Assembly: GCA_018824115.1 (NCBI GenBank)
Contig: JAHJGY010000018.1
Location: forward strand, 1 to 40,613
Direction: 5' to 3'
DNA from: Patescibacteria group bacterium
Lineage (GTDB): Bacteria > Patescibacteriota > 4484-211
Length of the DNA: 40,613 bases
Shown here: one piece after another, positions 18,464 through 28,927 of the stretch
Layout of the letters: every line of letters begins with the position of its first letter
How positions within the stretch are numbered: position 1 is the first letter of the stretch
Translations under genes and position numbers: made by a program
Notes under the pieces: generated by a model
What the model was told of the DNA's origin: nothing
The model's database searches: none
What the model saw: only the letters and a program-made list of their open reading frames with translations

Positions 18464-19323
18464 CTGGATAAGACAAATTCCTCTAGTTGCCTTTTATATG
18501 GCGTGAGAAAACTTGCTGAAAGTTCTCCTTTAGGAACATGAGTTTTCAAAGGTACGATAACTACTTGGTGTTGAGGTGCAATGTCTTTAAGGATTTTTAG
18601 ATTCTTTTCAGTGTCATAGTATTGATTGTCCTTACTTTCCACGATCAAAGTTGGTACATGGATCATTAGAGGTTGATCTGATACCTTAGTATTAACGATT
18701 GAGTGATTAGTTTGCATCCAGACTGAGGAAGACATCTGACGCCATTGTTGTTTCTCGAATTTAATAATGTCGGGCTTTCTATCGTTTGGATCGAAATTTC
18801 TGGCAAGGAGATAATTCATTAATCTGTCACTGTGGATAATACGATCTGCTAGCCAGGGAACGATTTTTGTTTTGACTAGGAAGGGGAATGAGCGAATATA
18901 CAGTTGATATTTTTGCAGTTTTGGTTTCCATACCGAGTCATCAGCCGGGGTAACTAGTAACACTACCTTGCGAATTCGGGATGAAATTAAGGGAAAGAGT
19001 TTTAATGCCACAAGCCCGCCCATTGATCCCCCCAGAAGGACGATTTCATTAAGATCGAGTGTGTCAACAAATTCGGCCAAAGTTTCAGCATAGGCGGTCA
19101 TGGTATGCCTCTGTCTCTGATATGGTGAGGTTCGCCCGCAGCCCGGGAGGTCGGGTGCAACAACATAAGCATACTCAGCGAGAGTTGTTAGAATGCCCTT
19201 AAACCGTAGAGCGTCTGAACGGTGTCCGTGAATAAACAATACAGTAGGCCCTGATCCGAGGGTATAGTAATAGATTTTTTGGTTGTTTAATTGGAGATAT
19301 TGGCCATTAATAGCTGTTGACAT
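18460..19323 (-). CDS. alpha/beta fold hydrolase
   Basis: LFIHG, APDLPGCG, GGSMGG nucleophile elbow, C-terminal His. Confidence 0.85.
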   Translation of the reverse strand: MSTAINGQYLQLNNQKIYYYTLGSGPTVLFIHGHRSDALRFKGILTTLAEYAYVVAPDLPGCGRTSPYQRQRHTMTAYAETLAEFVDTLDLNEIVLLGGSMGGLVALKLFPLISSRIRKVVLLVTPADDSVWKPKLQKYQLYIRSFPFLVKTKIVPWLADRIIHSDRLMNYLLARNFDPNDRKPDIIKFEKQQWRQMSSSVWMQTNHSIVNTKVSDQPLMIHVPTLIVESKDNQYYDTEKNLKILKDIAPQHQVVIVPLKTHVPKGELSASFLTPYKRQLEEFVLSS

Positions 19324-19354
19324 GGTAGAATTATACTAAATTTACTAAGATACC

Positions 19355-20503
19355 ATGAAGATTGGTCTAGTTTGTCCCTATCGTTTACAGACCCCGGGAG
19401 GGGTGAGTGAACATGTTCGGGCCTTGGCAAAGGAGTTAAGGCTCAGCGGTCATCAGGCAACTGTTATTTCACCTGGCTTTGGTGTCAAGAAGATTGGTGA
19501 GAGTTCTTTGTATGTTGGTCGGGCAGTGAAAGTGCCCTCACCCAACAAAAGCTGGAGTTACGTAAGTGTTTATGTTGATACTTCTTTAGAGTCTCTGCGA
19601 AAAATTATTGATACGTACAATTTTGATATCATCCATTTTCATGAACCCTTAGCTCCGTTTTTGTGCTGGCAGGTGTTAAAAGTGTCAACAGCAGTAAATG
19701 TGGCAACTTTCCATAGTGAGTGGGCCCTAACAGCTGACTCTTTTCTTGTGGATTCTCTTCAATTTTTATTGAACCCTCTTTTACCACGTTTTAAAGAAAA
19801 ACTCGCAGGTGTAATTGCTGTGTCCGAAGTGGCACGCAGGAGTTGGAGTGAAGTTTTCGACGGTTCAATATCCGAGATAGTTATTCCCAACGGTGTTAGC
19901 CTAAGCCGTTTTAAACCGCAGAATTCACCATTACGTGTTTTTGGTGATAAACCAACAATTCTCTATGTTGGGCGGGTTGAAGCACGAAAAGGTCTGCACT
20001 ATCTCATTGACGCGTTTCGATTATTAGAGAAAGGAATGCCCGAAGTGCGATTAGTAGTTGTTGGTGCAGGGCCATTGTTGGCTAAGCACAAACTATGGGT
20101 TCTAAAAAATAATTTAGCTGACAAAGTTTTTTTTGCCGGGCGAGTGCCCGGGCAGGGGTTGCCCTCGTATTATCGAGGGGCCGATGTTTTTTGTTCACCA
20201 GCTACGGGAGGGGAAAGTTTTGGTATTGTTCTTTTAGAATCGATGGCGTCGGGGACACCGTTGGTTGTTTTTGATAACCCAGGGTATGGTGAACTTCTCC
20301 AAAGATGTCCTTGGCCAGAGGTATTAGCCACATGTAGAAATACTCAAGAGTTAAGTGATAAGTTGAAAGAGATGTTAACTAACTCACGTCTCCGTAAGAA
20401 GGTAAGGCAATGGGGGTTAAAGGAAGTGAGGAATTATGAATGGTCGCGGATTACTAAAAAGGTGATCAGGTTTTATGATGAAATAATGGAGAAACACTCT
20501 TGA
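19355..20503 (+). CDS. glycosyltransferase family 4 (PimA-like)
   Basis: MKIGLVCPY..PGGV..H, HFHEP, GRVEARKG, GGESFGIVLLESMA. Confidence 0.9.
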   Translation: MKIGLVCPYRLQTPGGVSEHVRALAKELRLSGHQATVISPGFGVKKIGESSLYVGRAVKVPSPNKSWSYVSVYVDTSLESLRKIIDTYNFDIIHFHEPLAPFLCWQVLKVSTAVNVATFHSEWALTADSFLVDSLQFLLNPLLPRFKEKLAGVIAVSEVARRSWSEVFDGSISEIVIPNGVSLSRFKPQNSPLRVFGDKPTILYVGRVEARKGLHYLIDAFRLLEKGMPEVRLVVVGAGPLLAKHKLWVLKNNLADKVFFAGRVPGQGLPSYYRGADVFCSPATGGESFGIVLLESMASGTPLVVFDNPGYGELLQRCPWPEVLATCRNTQELSDKLKEMLTNSRLRKKVRQWGLKEVRNYEWSRITKKVIRFYDEIMEKHS

Positions 20504-20559
20504 CGAGAGACCTGGTTATAAGACTTATTGTCCACTAACAATCCTGGTAGAATAGGATT

Positions 20560-21645
20560 ATGCAGTTAAATGCTCTGCGGTTACATAATTTCCGTAATTT
20601 TGGAACATTTGTTGCCAATTTTGATTCAAAGATAACTGTACTCGTTGGTCCAAACGGGACCGGAAAGAGTAATCTTCTGGAAGCTATCCATCTGCTATCG
20701 TCGGGCAATTCGTTCCGGCCAGGGGGTAGTCGATACTTAGTTAGGTTTGGGGAAACCAAGGCGGTTGTTGAGGGAGGGATTAGTGATTCTCAAGGGCTAA
20801 AGGTTAAAATTTCCATGGTTTTACAGCGATCGAGTAAACAGTACCTGGTCAACGGTAAAGTAAGCGATCAAGAAGATTTTTTATCCCGTTTTCAAGGAGT
20901 TGCATTTCTCCCACGACATCTAAACATTATTACAGGTAACCCTGGATTAAGACGTAAATTGTTAGATGACGTTCTATCGGGGGTGTCATTTGCTTATCTG
21001 GCAACACTCAGTCGTTATCGGCAGGTACTTCGGCAGCGCAACCGTCTTCTATCGCGGAGAAATTTCAGGGGGGCAGAAATGGTCTATTGGAATGAAGAGC
21101 TGGCTAATTTGGGGGCAGGAATCCTCGTAGAAAGAAGGAAATTGGTTGCCGGCTTTAACAAGCTGTTGCGTAGTTTAAGGATGAGATTAGATTATTATCC
21201 CAGCCCGCGTGTAATTGGGAGAGAATTGGGTTTGGAGAGCGAATGGAACCCTTTAACAGTTGCTAAATATATCATTCAGAAGCTTGAGCAAACCGCAGAG
21301 AGGGAGAGAGAGCTTGGTTTTACTATAATCGGGCCGCAGCGAGATGATCTTAAAGTAATGGGACAAATGGATCAAACTGGAGAATTGAGAGACTTGTCGT
21401 TATATGGGTCCCGCGGCCAGCAGCGTTTAGCGGTTGTTCATTTAAAAAGTGCTCAACTTAGCTGGTTGGAAAGCGAGCTTGGTGCACGACCTGCTCTATT
21501 GCTGGATGATGTTTTTTCCGAATTGGATTCGCTTGCCCGAGCAGAATTAATACCCTTATTTAGTAAACAGCAAACAATTGTTACCGCGCTGGAAGTACCG
21601 GATGGTTTAAAGGACTCAACAGTAATTCAATTAGCAAGAGAATAA
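20560..21645 (+). CDS. recF: DNA replication/repair protein RecF
   Basis: NFRN, GPNGTGKSNLLEAI, GPQRDDL, GSRGQQR, LLLDDVFSELD. Confidence 0.93.
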   Translation: MQLNALRLHNFRNFGTFVANFDSKITVLVGPNGTGKSNLLEAIHLLSSGNSFRPGGSRYLVRFGETKAVVEGGISDSQGLKVKISMVLQRSSKQYLVNGKVSDQEDFLSRFQGVAFLPRHLNIITGNPGLRRKLLDDVLSGVSFAYLATLSRYRQVLRQRNRLLSRRNFRGAEMVYWNEELANLGAGILVERRKLVAGFNKLLRSLRMRLDYYPSPRVIGRELGLESEWNPLTVAKYIIQKLEQTAERERELGFTIIGPQRDDLKVMGQMDQTGELRDLSLYGSRGQQRLAVVHLKSAQLSWLESELGARPALLLDDVFSELDSLARAELIPLFSKQQTIVTALEVPDGLKDSTVIQLARE

Positions 21646-22532
21646 TGATTTATCTAGTTTACGGAGAAGATACTTACCGAGTGAAAAAGAAGGTCAATGA
21701 GTTACGTCAGGGATTTGCCACCCAGAAAGTTATTTGTGATATTGACCTGGATTTTAATTGGGATCAGCTGGAGGTTAATCAGGGGTATTTGTTTGGCGAG
21801 CCACAGGTTTGGGTTTTTGGGGATGTCTTAGATACTTCCCGCGGTGCGGAGTTCTTTGGGAAATTGCAGCACGTTTTAGAAAGAAAGATGGAGGCAACAG
21901 TGATTATTATTTGGCAGAGTGGAGGATTAGATGAGCGATTCAAGTTTAGCAGATGGTTAAAGAAAAATGCCGAAGTGCATAAGTTTGGGCCAATGAATCC
22001 GCCAGCAGTTGAAAAGTGGATTAAGGATTGGCTGGGCAGTCAGGAAGTCGAGGATGCGGCGATAAAGAAACTAGTTGAATATCATGGCAGTAACTTGTGG
22101 TTAATTGAGAATGAGTTAAGGAAATTGCGAGCTTATACTAATGGAGAGAAGATTGCGATTGGAGAGGTTGAGCTGCTGGGTTGTAAAAGTGTGGAGGAAA
22201 ATATTTTTCGGTTCATTGATGCACTGAGTTATAGAAACGTAGCTGAAGCAGGGTCTCTGTTAGATATCTTACTGACCGAAGGTCAAGATCCAGCCTATTT
22301 GTTTTCTATGATCGTCCGCCAATTTAGGTTATTATTGTTAGCAAAGGGCGATGATGGATTAAAAGGCCTGCATCCCTATGTGGCCAGGAAAGTGAATCAG
22401 CAGTCACCGAGATGGGAATACCCGATCCTTAAAAGGATTTATGCGAAATTATTGGAAATTGACGTAGATACAAAGATGGGAGAGAAGGAATTAGAGACAG
22501 AGTTATGGCTGTTAGTTGCTGAGTTGAGTTGA
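21645..22532 (+). CDS. holA: DNA polymerase III delta subunit
   Basis: MIYLVYGED, NELRKL, NIFRFIDA, MIVRQFRLL, LHPYVARK, IDVDTKMG. Confidence 0.88.
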   Translation: MIYLVYGEDTYRVKKKVNELRQGFATQKVICDIDLDFNWDQLEVNQGYLFGEPQVWVFGDVLDTSRGAEFFGKLQHVLERKMEATVIIIWQSGGLDERFKFSRWLKKNAEVHKFGPMNPPAVEKWIKDWLGSQEVEDAAIKKLVEYHGSNLWLIENELRKLRAYTNGEKIAIGEVELLGCKSVEENIFRFIDALSYRNVAEAGSLLDILLTEGQDPAYLFSMIVRQFRLLLLAKGDDGLKGLHPYVARKVNQQSPRWEYPILKRIYAKLLEIDVDTKMGEKELETELWLLVAELS

Positions 22533-22564
22533 ATCCTCGAGGAGAAATAATTTATGATGGGGAA

Positions 22565-22927
22565 TTATTTTTTTCGCTTTGCTGAAGATTCAGATTTTGT
22601 TTTTGGACGTTTTACTGTTTTCTTAGAACTCTTCTTTATACTAGTTTTCTCCTCATCCCCTTTTATTGTGAGCTTCATTGTTGCTTTAGCTAATCTTGAT
22701 TTAAGACGTGCGGCTTTATTCTTGTGGATAACGTGCTTCTTGGCCGCTAAATCCAGTTGTTTATAGACTTTAGGCAGAGCTTCCAGAGCCAATTTAACAG
22801 ACTTTTTTGCCGCTGCCTTGCGGATATCCTTAACTGCGGCTTTATATTTTCTTTTCGTTCTCAGGTTATGGACTTTCTTTTGCTGCGAAACACGCAAGGC
22901 TTTGGTTACGGACTTAGTTTGCGGCAT
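22565..22927 (-). CDS. rpsT: 30S ribosomal protein S20 with Lys-rich extension
   Basis: MPQTKSVTKALR...LDLAAKKHVIHKNKAARLKSRL; ATG at 22927. Confidence 0.92.
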   Translation of the reverse strand: MPQTKSVTKALRVSQQKKVHNLRTKRKYKAAVKDIRKAAAKKSVKLALEALPKVYKQLDLAAKKHVIHKNKAARLKSRLAKATMKLTIKGDEEKTSIKKSSKKTVKRPKTKSESSAKRKK

Positions 22928-22960
22928 AGTGTTCCAAAGTATACCATGGGAGTGTATAAT

Positions 22961-23225
22961 GTTCAATGAGGCTCAAAAATCGCAAACGTAGTGCCGTGAT
23001 TTTAGTAAGCCGAATTAATTCCGGGCTCTTCGAGTCTGAGCCTGAGGGCTTTTCCCTCAGAGTCGAATGACCTGTCGAGTGGGTTCAATGAGACTCAGGA
23101 AACTTGAGCAGGAGGAGAGATTTACGTCAGTCGAATTTCAGCCAGAGGATGACGGGTCTTTGGCCTAAATCCGCCGACTTGTCCCCCGTAGTTTTAACGT
23201 AAGAGGAAGCCTCGGCGGAGGGGGT
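22961..23225 (+). repeat. nest of REP-like hairpin elements between rpsT and murJ
   Basis: Two AATGA-stem-GAATT units (22965-23016, 23087-23137), a 49-bp repeat (23030-23078) and CCGCCGA...TCGGCGG (23171-23218). Confidence 0.7.
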
Positions 23226-23240
23226 TTAATTAGAGCTAAT

Positions 23241-24923
23241 ATGTTCAGGTTATTTAAGAACGGTTTCAAAAATGGGACAGCAATACTATTTCAGCAGCAA
23301 AAGACAATTCTGTCTGGGGCGACTGTAATTGCGTTGATGGTTTTCATTTCTGCCGTCTTGGGGTTGGTGCGAAAACGTTTGTACGCTGGTATTTTAGCTG
23401 CCGGGCCGGAGTACGATGTGCTGGTAGCTGCCTTTAGGGTGCCGGATTTGATTTTTCAGTTACTAGTGGTTGGTTCGTTAAATGCGGCTTTTATCCCGCT
23501 ATTTTCGCGTTATATTGTAGGTAATAAAGCTGATCATGCTTGGAAGTTTGCCTCGGCGGTAATAAATTGGACCCTAGTTTTCTCAATGGGCCTGGCGGCG
23601 CTGGGCTTTGTCTTTGCCCCACAGCTCTCTCGAGTTTTAACACCTGGATTTTTACCAGAACAACAGCAGCAGCTAGTTGGCTTAATGCGCATTATAATTT
23701 TGTCGCCTCTTTTGTTGGCATTAAGTAGTTTTATTGGAGGGATGATTCAGTCATTCCGGCGTTTTTTATTACCGTTCTTTTCCCCAGTGATGTATAACCT
23801 GGGCGCAATTATTGGTATTTTGTTTCTTTACCCACCGCTGGGAATAAAGGGTTTGGCGTGGGGAGTTCTGCTGGGCTCGGTTTTGCATCTTATAGTAGTA
23901 ATTCCGCTCCTGCGCCACTTAGGGTTTAAGTTTTCTTTTTGTCTACCTTGGAGAGATCCGTCTCTGCGGGAAATGGTGCGCTTAGCATTTCCGCGCACAT
24001 TATGGGCGGGTGTCTACCAGCTTCGTGAGGTAGCCGAGGTGGGTTTTGCTTCCCTGTTATCCGCAGGATCTATTAGTGTGCTGGATTATGGTCAATCATT
24101 GGTTAGGCTGCCAGTAAGCATATTCGGTGCTTCAATATCTCAGGCTAGTTTACCGGCGTTGAGTGAGCTCGCCGCTCGTAATAAAATGGAGCAGTTTAGG
24201 ACAACATTTATTAATTCCTTCCTCCAGATTTTGTATTTAGTTATGCCTGTTAGCGTTATTTTCATTGTCCTCAAAATTCCTATTGTTCGGTTAGTTTTTG
24301 GGACTGGAGATTTTGCCTGGTGGGATACCGTTTATACTTCATGGGTTTTGGCTTTATTCTCCATTAGTTTGTTCGCTCAAGCTGGTAAGGAGTTGATTAT
24401 TCGCGCTTTTTATGCATTGAAGGAAACCGATACTCCGGTGATTATTGGTATCTTATCGCTACTAATTGGGATTATTCTTGCGGCAATTTTAATGCCTCAA
24501 TGGCGAGTGCGAGGATTAGCATTTGGTTTTTCGGTTGGCATAATTTTAGAATTTGTAGTTTTATTAGTAGTTTTTGTGAAGAGAGCTGAGATTAATCTTG
24601 AAAAGCTGTCGTGGCCGGCGGCTAAGATATTTTTTGCTTCAGCGGTTATGGCTGTAGCAATATATTTGCCGGTGAGAATTTTGGATGAAGTCTTTATTGA
24701 TACAACCAAGGTTGTTAATTTGTTGGTACTCGTCTGGGTAGTGCTAACTTTTGGTGGCAGTGTTTACTTGTTTCTTACTTGGATATTAGGCTGTGAAGAA
24801 ATTCGGTTGTTTTTCTCGATATTGCTAAAAATTAGAAGCTGGAGGGATGCATTGGTGGGGATGAATGATTTGACGGTCGATTCTGTTTCTTGCGAAGGAG
24901 AAGAAATGGGCGGGGTGGAGTAG
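23241..24923 (+). CDS. murJ: lipid II flippase MurJ (MviN)
   Basis: LGLVR, AAFRVPDLIF, GSLNAAFIP, P..YN, LPVSIFG.SI..ASLP.LS, RAFYALKET.TP; many TM helices. Confidence 0.92.
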   Translation: MFRLFKNGFKNGTAILFQQQKTILSGATVIALMVFISAVLGLVRKRLYAGILAAGPEYDVLVAAFRVPDLIFQLLVVGSLNAAFIPLFSRYIVGNKADHAWKFASAVINWTLVFSMGLAALGFVFAPQLSRVLTPGFLPEQQQQLVGLMRIIILSPLLLALSSFIGGMIQSFRRFLLPFFSPVMYNLGAIIGILFLYPPLGIKGLAWGVLLGSVLHLIVVIPLLRHLGFKFSFCLPWRDPSLREMVRLAFPRTLWAGVYQLREVAEVGFASLLSAGSISVLDYGQSLVRLPVSIFGASISQASLPALSELAARNKMEQFRTTFINSFLQILYLVMPVSVIFIVLKIPIVRLVFGTGDFAWWDTVYTSWVLALFSISLFAQAGKELIIRAFYALKETDTPVIIGILSLLIGIILAAILMPQWRVRGLAFGFSVGIILEFVVLLVVFVKRAEINLEKLSWPAAKIFFASAVMAVAIYLPVRILDEVFIDTTKVVNLLVLVWVVLTFGGSVYLFLTWILGCEEIRLFFSILLKIRSWRDALVGMNDLTVDSVSCEGEEMGGVE

Positions 24924-24940
24924 TTATTTAAGAGATAATT

Positions 24941-26794
24941 TTAGCTTTTGTTTAAATTTTTATACACCTCGGGAGGGAGAGTTACCTTTCCAAACTGCTT
25001 CATTTTTTTCTTGCCTTTTTTCTGTTGCCGCAAGAGTTTATCCTTTCTAGTACGATCCCCGCCGTAAAGTTTAGCGGTGACATCTTTGCGGAAAGCTCTC
25101 AGATCTGCTCTAGCAACGACCTTGTTCCCAATTGCTGCTTGAATAGGAATAGAGAATTGTTGCCGCGGAACGAGATTTTTTAATTTATCAACTATCGCTC
25201 GCCCTTTCGCTTCTGCGTGCTGGCGCGGAACTAAAAGGGAAAGAGGGGTAACAATTTCTTTATTCACCAGAAAATCTAATTTAACAATATCTCCTTTTCG
25301 AAAATCTATAATTTCGTAATCAAACGAGGCAAAACCCGAGGTGGCAGATTTTAGTTTATCGAAGAACCCCTCAAGTAACTCACTGAGCGGCAAGTGGTAA
25401 GTTAGTCGGAGGCGCTCATTATTCATTTGACCTATATTTTCTGCATGCTGCTGTTGCCCTCGGCTGTTTTGACAAATCTGCATAATAGCACCTAGGTATT
25501 CCTGTGGGGTAATAATCATTGCTTTAATCCAGGGTTCACGTATTTCATTTATCCGGCTAGAATCTGGTAGTTCGTCAACTGATGTTACAGTAATTAAATT
25601 CCCGTTGACCAGCAGGATCTGGTACTCAACAGTGGGAGTGGTTGGGATGACTTCGGTATTAAACTCTCGGTGCAGGCGTTCCTGACTGATTTCTAGATGG
25701 AATTGTCCTAGGCAACCAATGCGGAAACCACTACCTAAAGCGGGTGAGGATTCTGGTTTGTATGTCAGCGCAGCATCATTAAGAGACAATTTGTTAAGTG
25801 CATCACGGAGTTCGTTAATCTGGCTGGCTTTGGCAGGATAAATCCCTGCAAACACCCGTGGCTTAATTTCTTTGTATCCCGGCAAGGCTTTGATATTTGA
25901 CATTTCGGCTTCGATATTTGTTACAGTATCTCCTGGCCGGCAGAGTTTAATATCTTTGATTCCCGTAGCCAGGTATCCGACTTCCCCTGTGAGTAATTGG
26001 TTTTGAGGTAGTAAGTTGGCCTTTAGGTACCCACATTCCGTCGGAGAGAAAATAATGTTACTGGCTATTAATCTTAATTTTTGGAAAGAACTGCCAAGCT
26101 TGGCAATTTTACCATCCACGACTTTGACTAGGAGGACTACGCCTTTATGAGGATCGTAAAAAGAGTCAAAAACTAGCGCCCGTAGTGGACCAGACTCTTG
26201 ACCTGTCGGGTGTGGAACTCTGTTAATGATGGCTTGTAGAAGTGAGCGGGTCCCTTCACCGGTTTTTCCTGAAGTGTATATGAATTCATCCTTGGTGAAT
26301 CCGAGATTTATAAGCTGCTCCTCTGCAGTTGAATCAACATTGAGATCAATTTTATTAATTACGGGTATTAGTCTGAGTGAGAGATCTTTAGCCTTCTGGT
26401 AGTGGGCTAGCGTTTGTGCTTGTACACCTTGCGCTAGGTCGACTAGTAAAACCGCGCCTTCGCAAGCCGCTAGGGAGCGGGAAACTTCGTAGGAGAAATC
26501 AACATGACCTGGGGTGTCAATGAGATTGAGGATGTAGTTAGTATCCTCTAAAGCTAAGCTTTGAGGATCTTTAAAGCTTAGCTTTGTTGGCGGTGTATAT
26601 TCGATTCGAATCGGTTGGAGTTTAATGGTAACCCCCCTTTCTTGTTCTAGGTCTAGTTTATCTAGATATCGCACCCGCATTTCCCGTTGAGGGATGGTGT
26701 TGGTGATTTCTAGAATTCGATCCGCCAAGGTGGATTTTCCGTGATCAATGTGAGCGATGATAGAAAAGTTGCGAATGAATTTTTGTGATTCCAT
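24941..26794 (-). CDS. lepA: elongation factor 4
   Basis: IRNFSIIAHIDHGKSTLADR, DTPGHVDFSYEVSRSL, RKDVTAKLYGGDRTRK. Confidence 0.97.
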   Translation of the reverse strand: MESQKFIRNFSIIAHIDHGKSTLADRILEITNTIPQREMRVRYLDKLDLEQERGVTIKLQPIRIEYTPPTKLSFKDPQSLALEDTNYILNLIDTPGHVDFSYEVSRSLAACEGAVLLVDLAQGVQAQTLAHYQKAKDLSLRLIPVINKIDLNVDSTAEEQLINLGFTKDEFIYTSGKTGEGTRSLLQAIINRVPHPTGQESGPLRALVFDSFYDPHKGVVLLVKVVDGKIAKLGSSFQKLRLIASNIIFSPTECGYLKANLLPQNQLLTGEVGYLATGIKDIKLCRPGDTVTNIEAEMSNIKALPGYKEIKPRVFAGIYPAKASQINELRDALNKLSLNDAALTYKPESSPALGSGFRIGCLGQFHLEISQERLHREFNTEVIPTTPTVEYQILLVNGNLITVTSVDELPDSSRINEIREPWIKAMIITPQEYLGAIMQICQNSRGQQQHAENIGQMNNERLRLTYHLPLSELLEGFFDKLKSATSGFASFDYEIIDFRKGDIVKLDFLVNKEIVTPLSLLVPRQHAEAKGRAIVDKLKNLVPRQQFSIPIQAAIGNKVVARADLRAFRKDVTAKLYGGDRTRKDKLLRQQKKGKKKMKQFGKVTLPPEVYKNLNKS

Positions 26795-26799
26795 AGGTG

Positions 26800-26842
26800 A
26801 AAAATAGGGATCATCCCTAAAATAGGGATGATCCCTATTTTT
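26800..26842. repeat. double-palindrome element, copy 1
   Basis: AAAAATAGGGATCATCCCTA-AAA-TAGGGATGATCCCTATTTTT; 35-bp core identical to 39305-39339. Confidence 0.85.
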
Positions 26843-26963
26843 AGTTACTTGCCCGCAGGGATATTATACCGGAGTTCTTCGTAAAATCCTTCTTGTGGTA
26901 AGAGTTTACATCGTATGTGGCGAGATGGTAAGATGAGGTTGTTTTTAAAGTGATAGCCTTATT

Positions 26964-28394
26964 ATGATGCAGGAGAAGAAAGTAATTACTAAGAAAAGTG
27001 GAGACTTTTCCAAATGGTATATCGATGTTATCAAACAGGCTGACTTAGCTGATTATGGCCCGGTTAAAGGAACGATGGTGTTTAAACCATATGGATATGC
27101 ATTGTGGGAGGGAATTAAGAGGGAGCTGGATGCCAAGATAAGAGCAATGGGCGTGGATAACGCCTATTTCCCGCTTTTTATACCAGAGAGCTATTTAGAA
27201 AAAGAGAAGGATCACGTGGAAGGTTTTTCTCCGGAACTAGCGGTGGTTACTATTGGTGGGGGAAAAAAGTTAGAGGAACCGGTGATTGTTAGGCCAACTT
27301 CGGAGACAGTGATTTATGCCATGTTTGCCAAATGGATCCAAAGCTGGCGAGATCTTCCTTTAAAAATGAACCAGTGGTGTAATGTAGTGCGTTGGGAGAA
27401 AAGGACGCTGCCGTTTATCCGTACAACAGAGTTTCTATGGCAGGAAGGGCATACAGCTCACGCCACACATGAAGAAGCTTTAGTGCAGGTAGGGTTAGCG
27501 ATCGAAGCCTATGCCGAGGTTTACCGGGAGCATTTGGCGATGGCTGGTGTGGCTGGTTATAAGAGTGAAAGTGAGAAGTTTGCGGGTGCGGTAAAAAGCG
27601 TTAGCTATGAGAGTTTGATGCCGGATGGTAAAGCATTGCAAAGCTGTACATCTCATGACCTTGGTCAAAATTTTTCGAGAGTGTTTGATATCACTTTTCA
27701 GAATAAAGAAGGCAAAGAAGATTATGTCTGGCAGACTAGTTGGGGTTTTTCTACCCGTTCTATTGGCGGCTTAATTATGGTTCACGGAGATGATAACGGT
27801 TTAGTCCTACCGCCTAAAGTATCTCCAGTGCAAGTAGTCATTGTACCCATTCAGAGCGATCGGCCGGAGGTTAAAGAATTTTCGGACAAGGCGTTTTCTG
27901 CCCTCAAGGAAAAATTTCGCGTTCATCTAGACGATCGTGCTCAGTACACTCCGGGGTGGAAATACAATGAGTGGGAGCTTAAAGGGGTGCCGTTGCGGTT
28001 GGAAATCGGACCTAGAGAAGCAGAGAAAGATGAAGTGGTGATGGTTCGACGAGATACTTTTACGAAAGAAAGCGTGCCTGTAGCCGGGTTAGCAGAACGA
28101 ATTGACGAGATGTTGTTAGAGCTTCAGCGAGCTGCGTTTGAGCGAAGTCGAACATTTATGGATAAAAATACCCGCGAAGCGGGAACGTATGAAGAATTTA
28201 AAAAGATTATGGCTGGCCCCCGGGGATTTATTAGGGCTTTTTGGTGTGAGGATGCGGAATGTGAAGCCAAAATTAAGCAGGAAACCAAAGCTACTACCCG
28301 TTGTTTACCCCTGGATGCTAAAGAGGAAAAGGGAAAATGCGTTCATTGTGGTAGTGATGCTACCCACCGCTGGCTTTTTGCCCAGGCGTATTAG
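26964..28394 (+). CDS. proS: proline--tRNA ligase, archaeal/eukaryote-like type
   Basis: RPTSET, QWCNVVRWE, RTTEFLWQEGHT, HDLGQNF, QTSWGFSTR, C-terminal Cys cluster ending FAQAY. Confidence 0.96.
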   Translation: MMQEKKVITKKSGDFSKWYIDVIKQADLADYGPVKGTMVFKPYGYALWEGIKRELDAKIRAMGVDNAYFPLFIPESYLEKEKDHVEGFSPELAVVTIGGGKKLEEPVIVRPTSETVIYAMFAKWIQSWRDLPLKMNQWCNVVRWEKRTLPFIRTTEFLWQEGHTAHATHEEALVQVGLAIEAYAEVYREHLAMAGVAGYKSESEKFAGAVKSVSYESLMPDGKALQSCTSHDLGQNFSRVFDITFQNKEGKEDYVWQTSWGFSTRSIGGLIMVHGDDNGLVLPPKVSPVQVVIVPIQSDRPEVKEFSDKAFSALKEKFRVHLDDRAQYTPGWKYNEWELKGVPLRLEIGPREAEKDEVVMVRRDTFTKESVPVAGLAERIDEMLLELQRAAFERSRTFMDKNTREAGTYEEFKKIMAGPRGFIRAFWCEDAECEAKIKQETKATTRCLPLDAKEEKGKCVHCGSDATHRWLFAQAY

Positions 28395-28447
28395 TGAAAC
28401 TCTGAAAAAGCAAGCAACAGCACAGCTTTTTCAGCAAGTTGAACTAA

Positions 28448-28530
28448 CCCTGCTTGTCCGCCTATGGCGGAAGCTAGTCGAGTCTCAGCCTGAGGGCTTT
28501 TCCCTCAGAGTCGAATGACTTGTCGAAGGG
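28448..28530 (+). repeat. nested REP-like element containing copy 2 of the 49-bp repeat
   Basis: 28478-28526 matches 23030-23078 at 47/49 nt; also TCCGCC-TAT-GGCGGA hairpin and outer CCCT...GAAGGG. Confidence 0.8.
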
Positions 28531-28539
28531 TAGACTTGA

Positions 28540-28821
28540 CTAAATCAGATCGTCTGGGCCAATGGGTTCGGACTTTTCCCCTGTTGGCCGCGCCTGACAA
28601 GGGCTTACCCTTTGTTGGGTTGGTTCCGCAAATTCCTGCACGCGGCCAATAATGCCGGTAGTCAGCCGCACCTTGTGACCGCGCGGATGGGTGTCTTTTT
28701 TAGTTAACACATCTTGGACAACCCCTGTTGTAAGTTCCCCAGTGGTGTAATCTTTCTTCTGTGCTACCCTTACTTTGTCACCCGGTTTAGGCTTGCGTTG
28801 GTTCATCGTTCGCTCGGCCAT
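28540..28821 (-). CDS. YwbE family protein
   Basis: KKD..TGELT.GVV.DVLT...HPRG.KVRL..G.IGRVQ. Confidence 0.85.
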   Translation of the reverse strand: MAERTMNQRKPKPGDKVRVAQKKDYTTGELTTGVVQDVLTKKDTHPRGHKVRLTTGIIGRVQEFAEPTQQRVSPCQARPTGEKSEPIGPDDLI

Positions 28822-28927
28822 CTAATGATTCTATCACAAGAGCGAAACAGACTCGCGCCAGATATGCTATAATACTATAGGTTGGCAGGCACAAACAATT
28901 TATCTTTATACCTTTAGGAGGTGAAGG

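Noticed and set aside
22961-23225. CRISPR array or tRNA in the repeat-rich gaps
   Set aside because: No regularly spaced identical repeats, no cas genes and no cloverleaf with a T-loop.
28138-28518. 126-aa ORF overlapping the proS 3' end
   Set aside because: Alternate frame running into repeat DNA, with no start signals.
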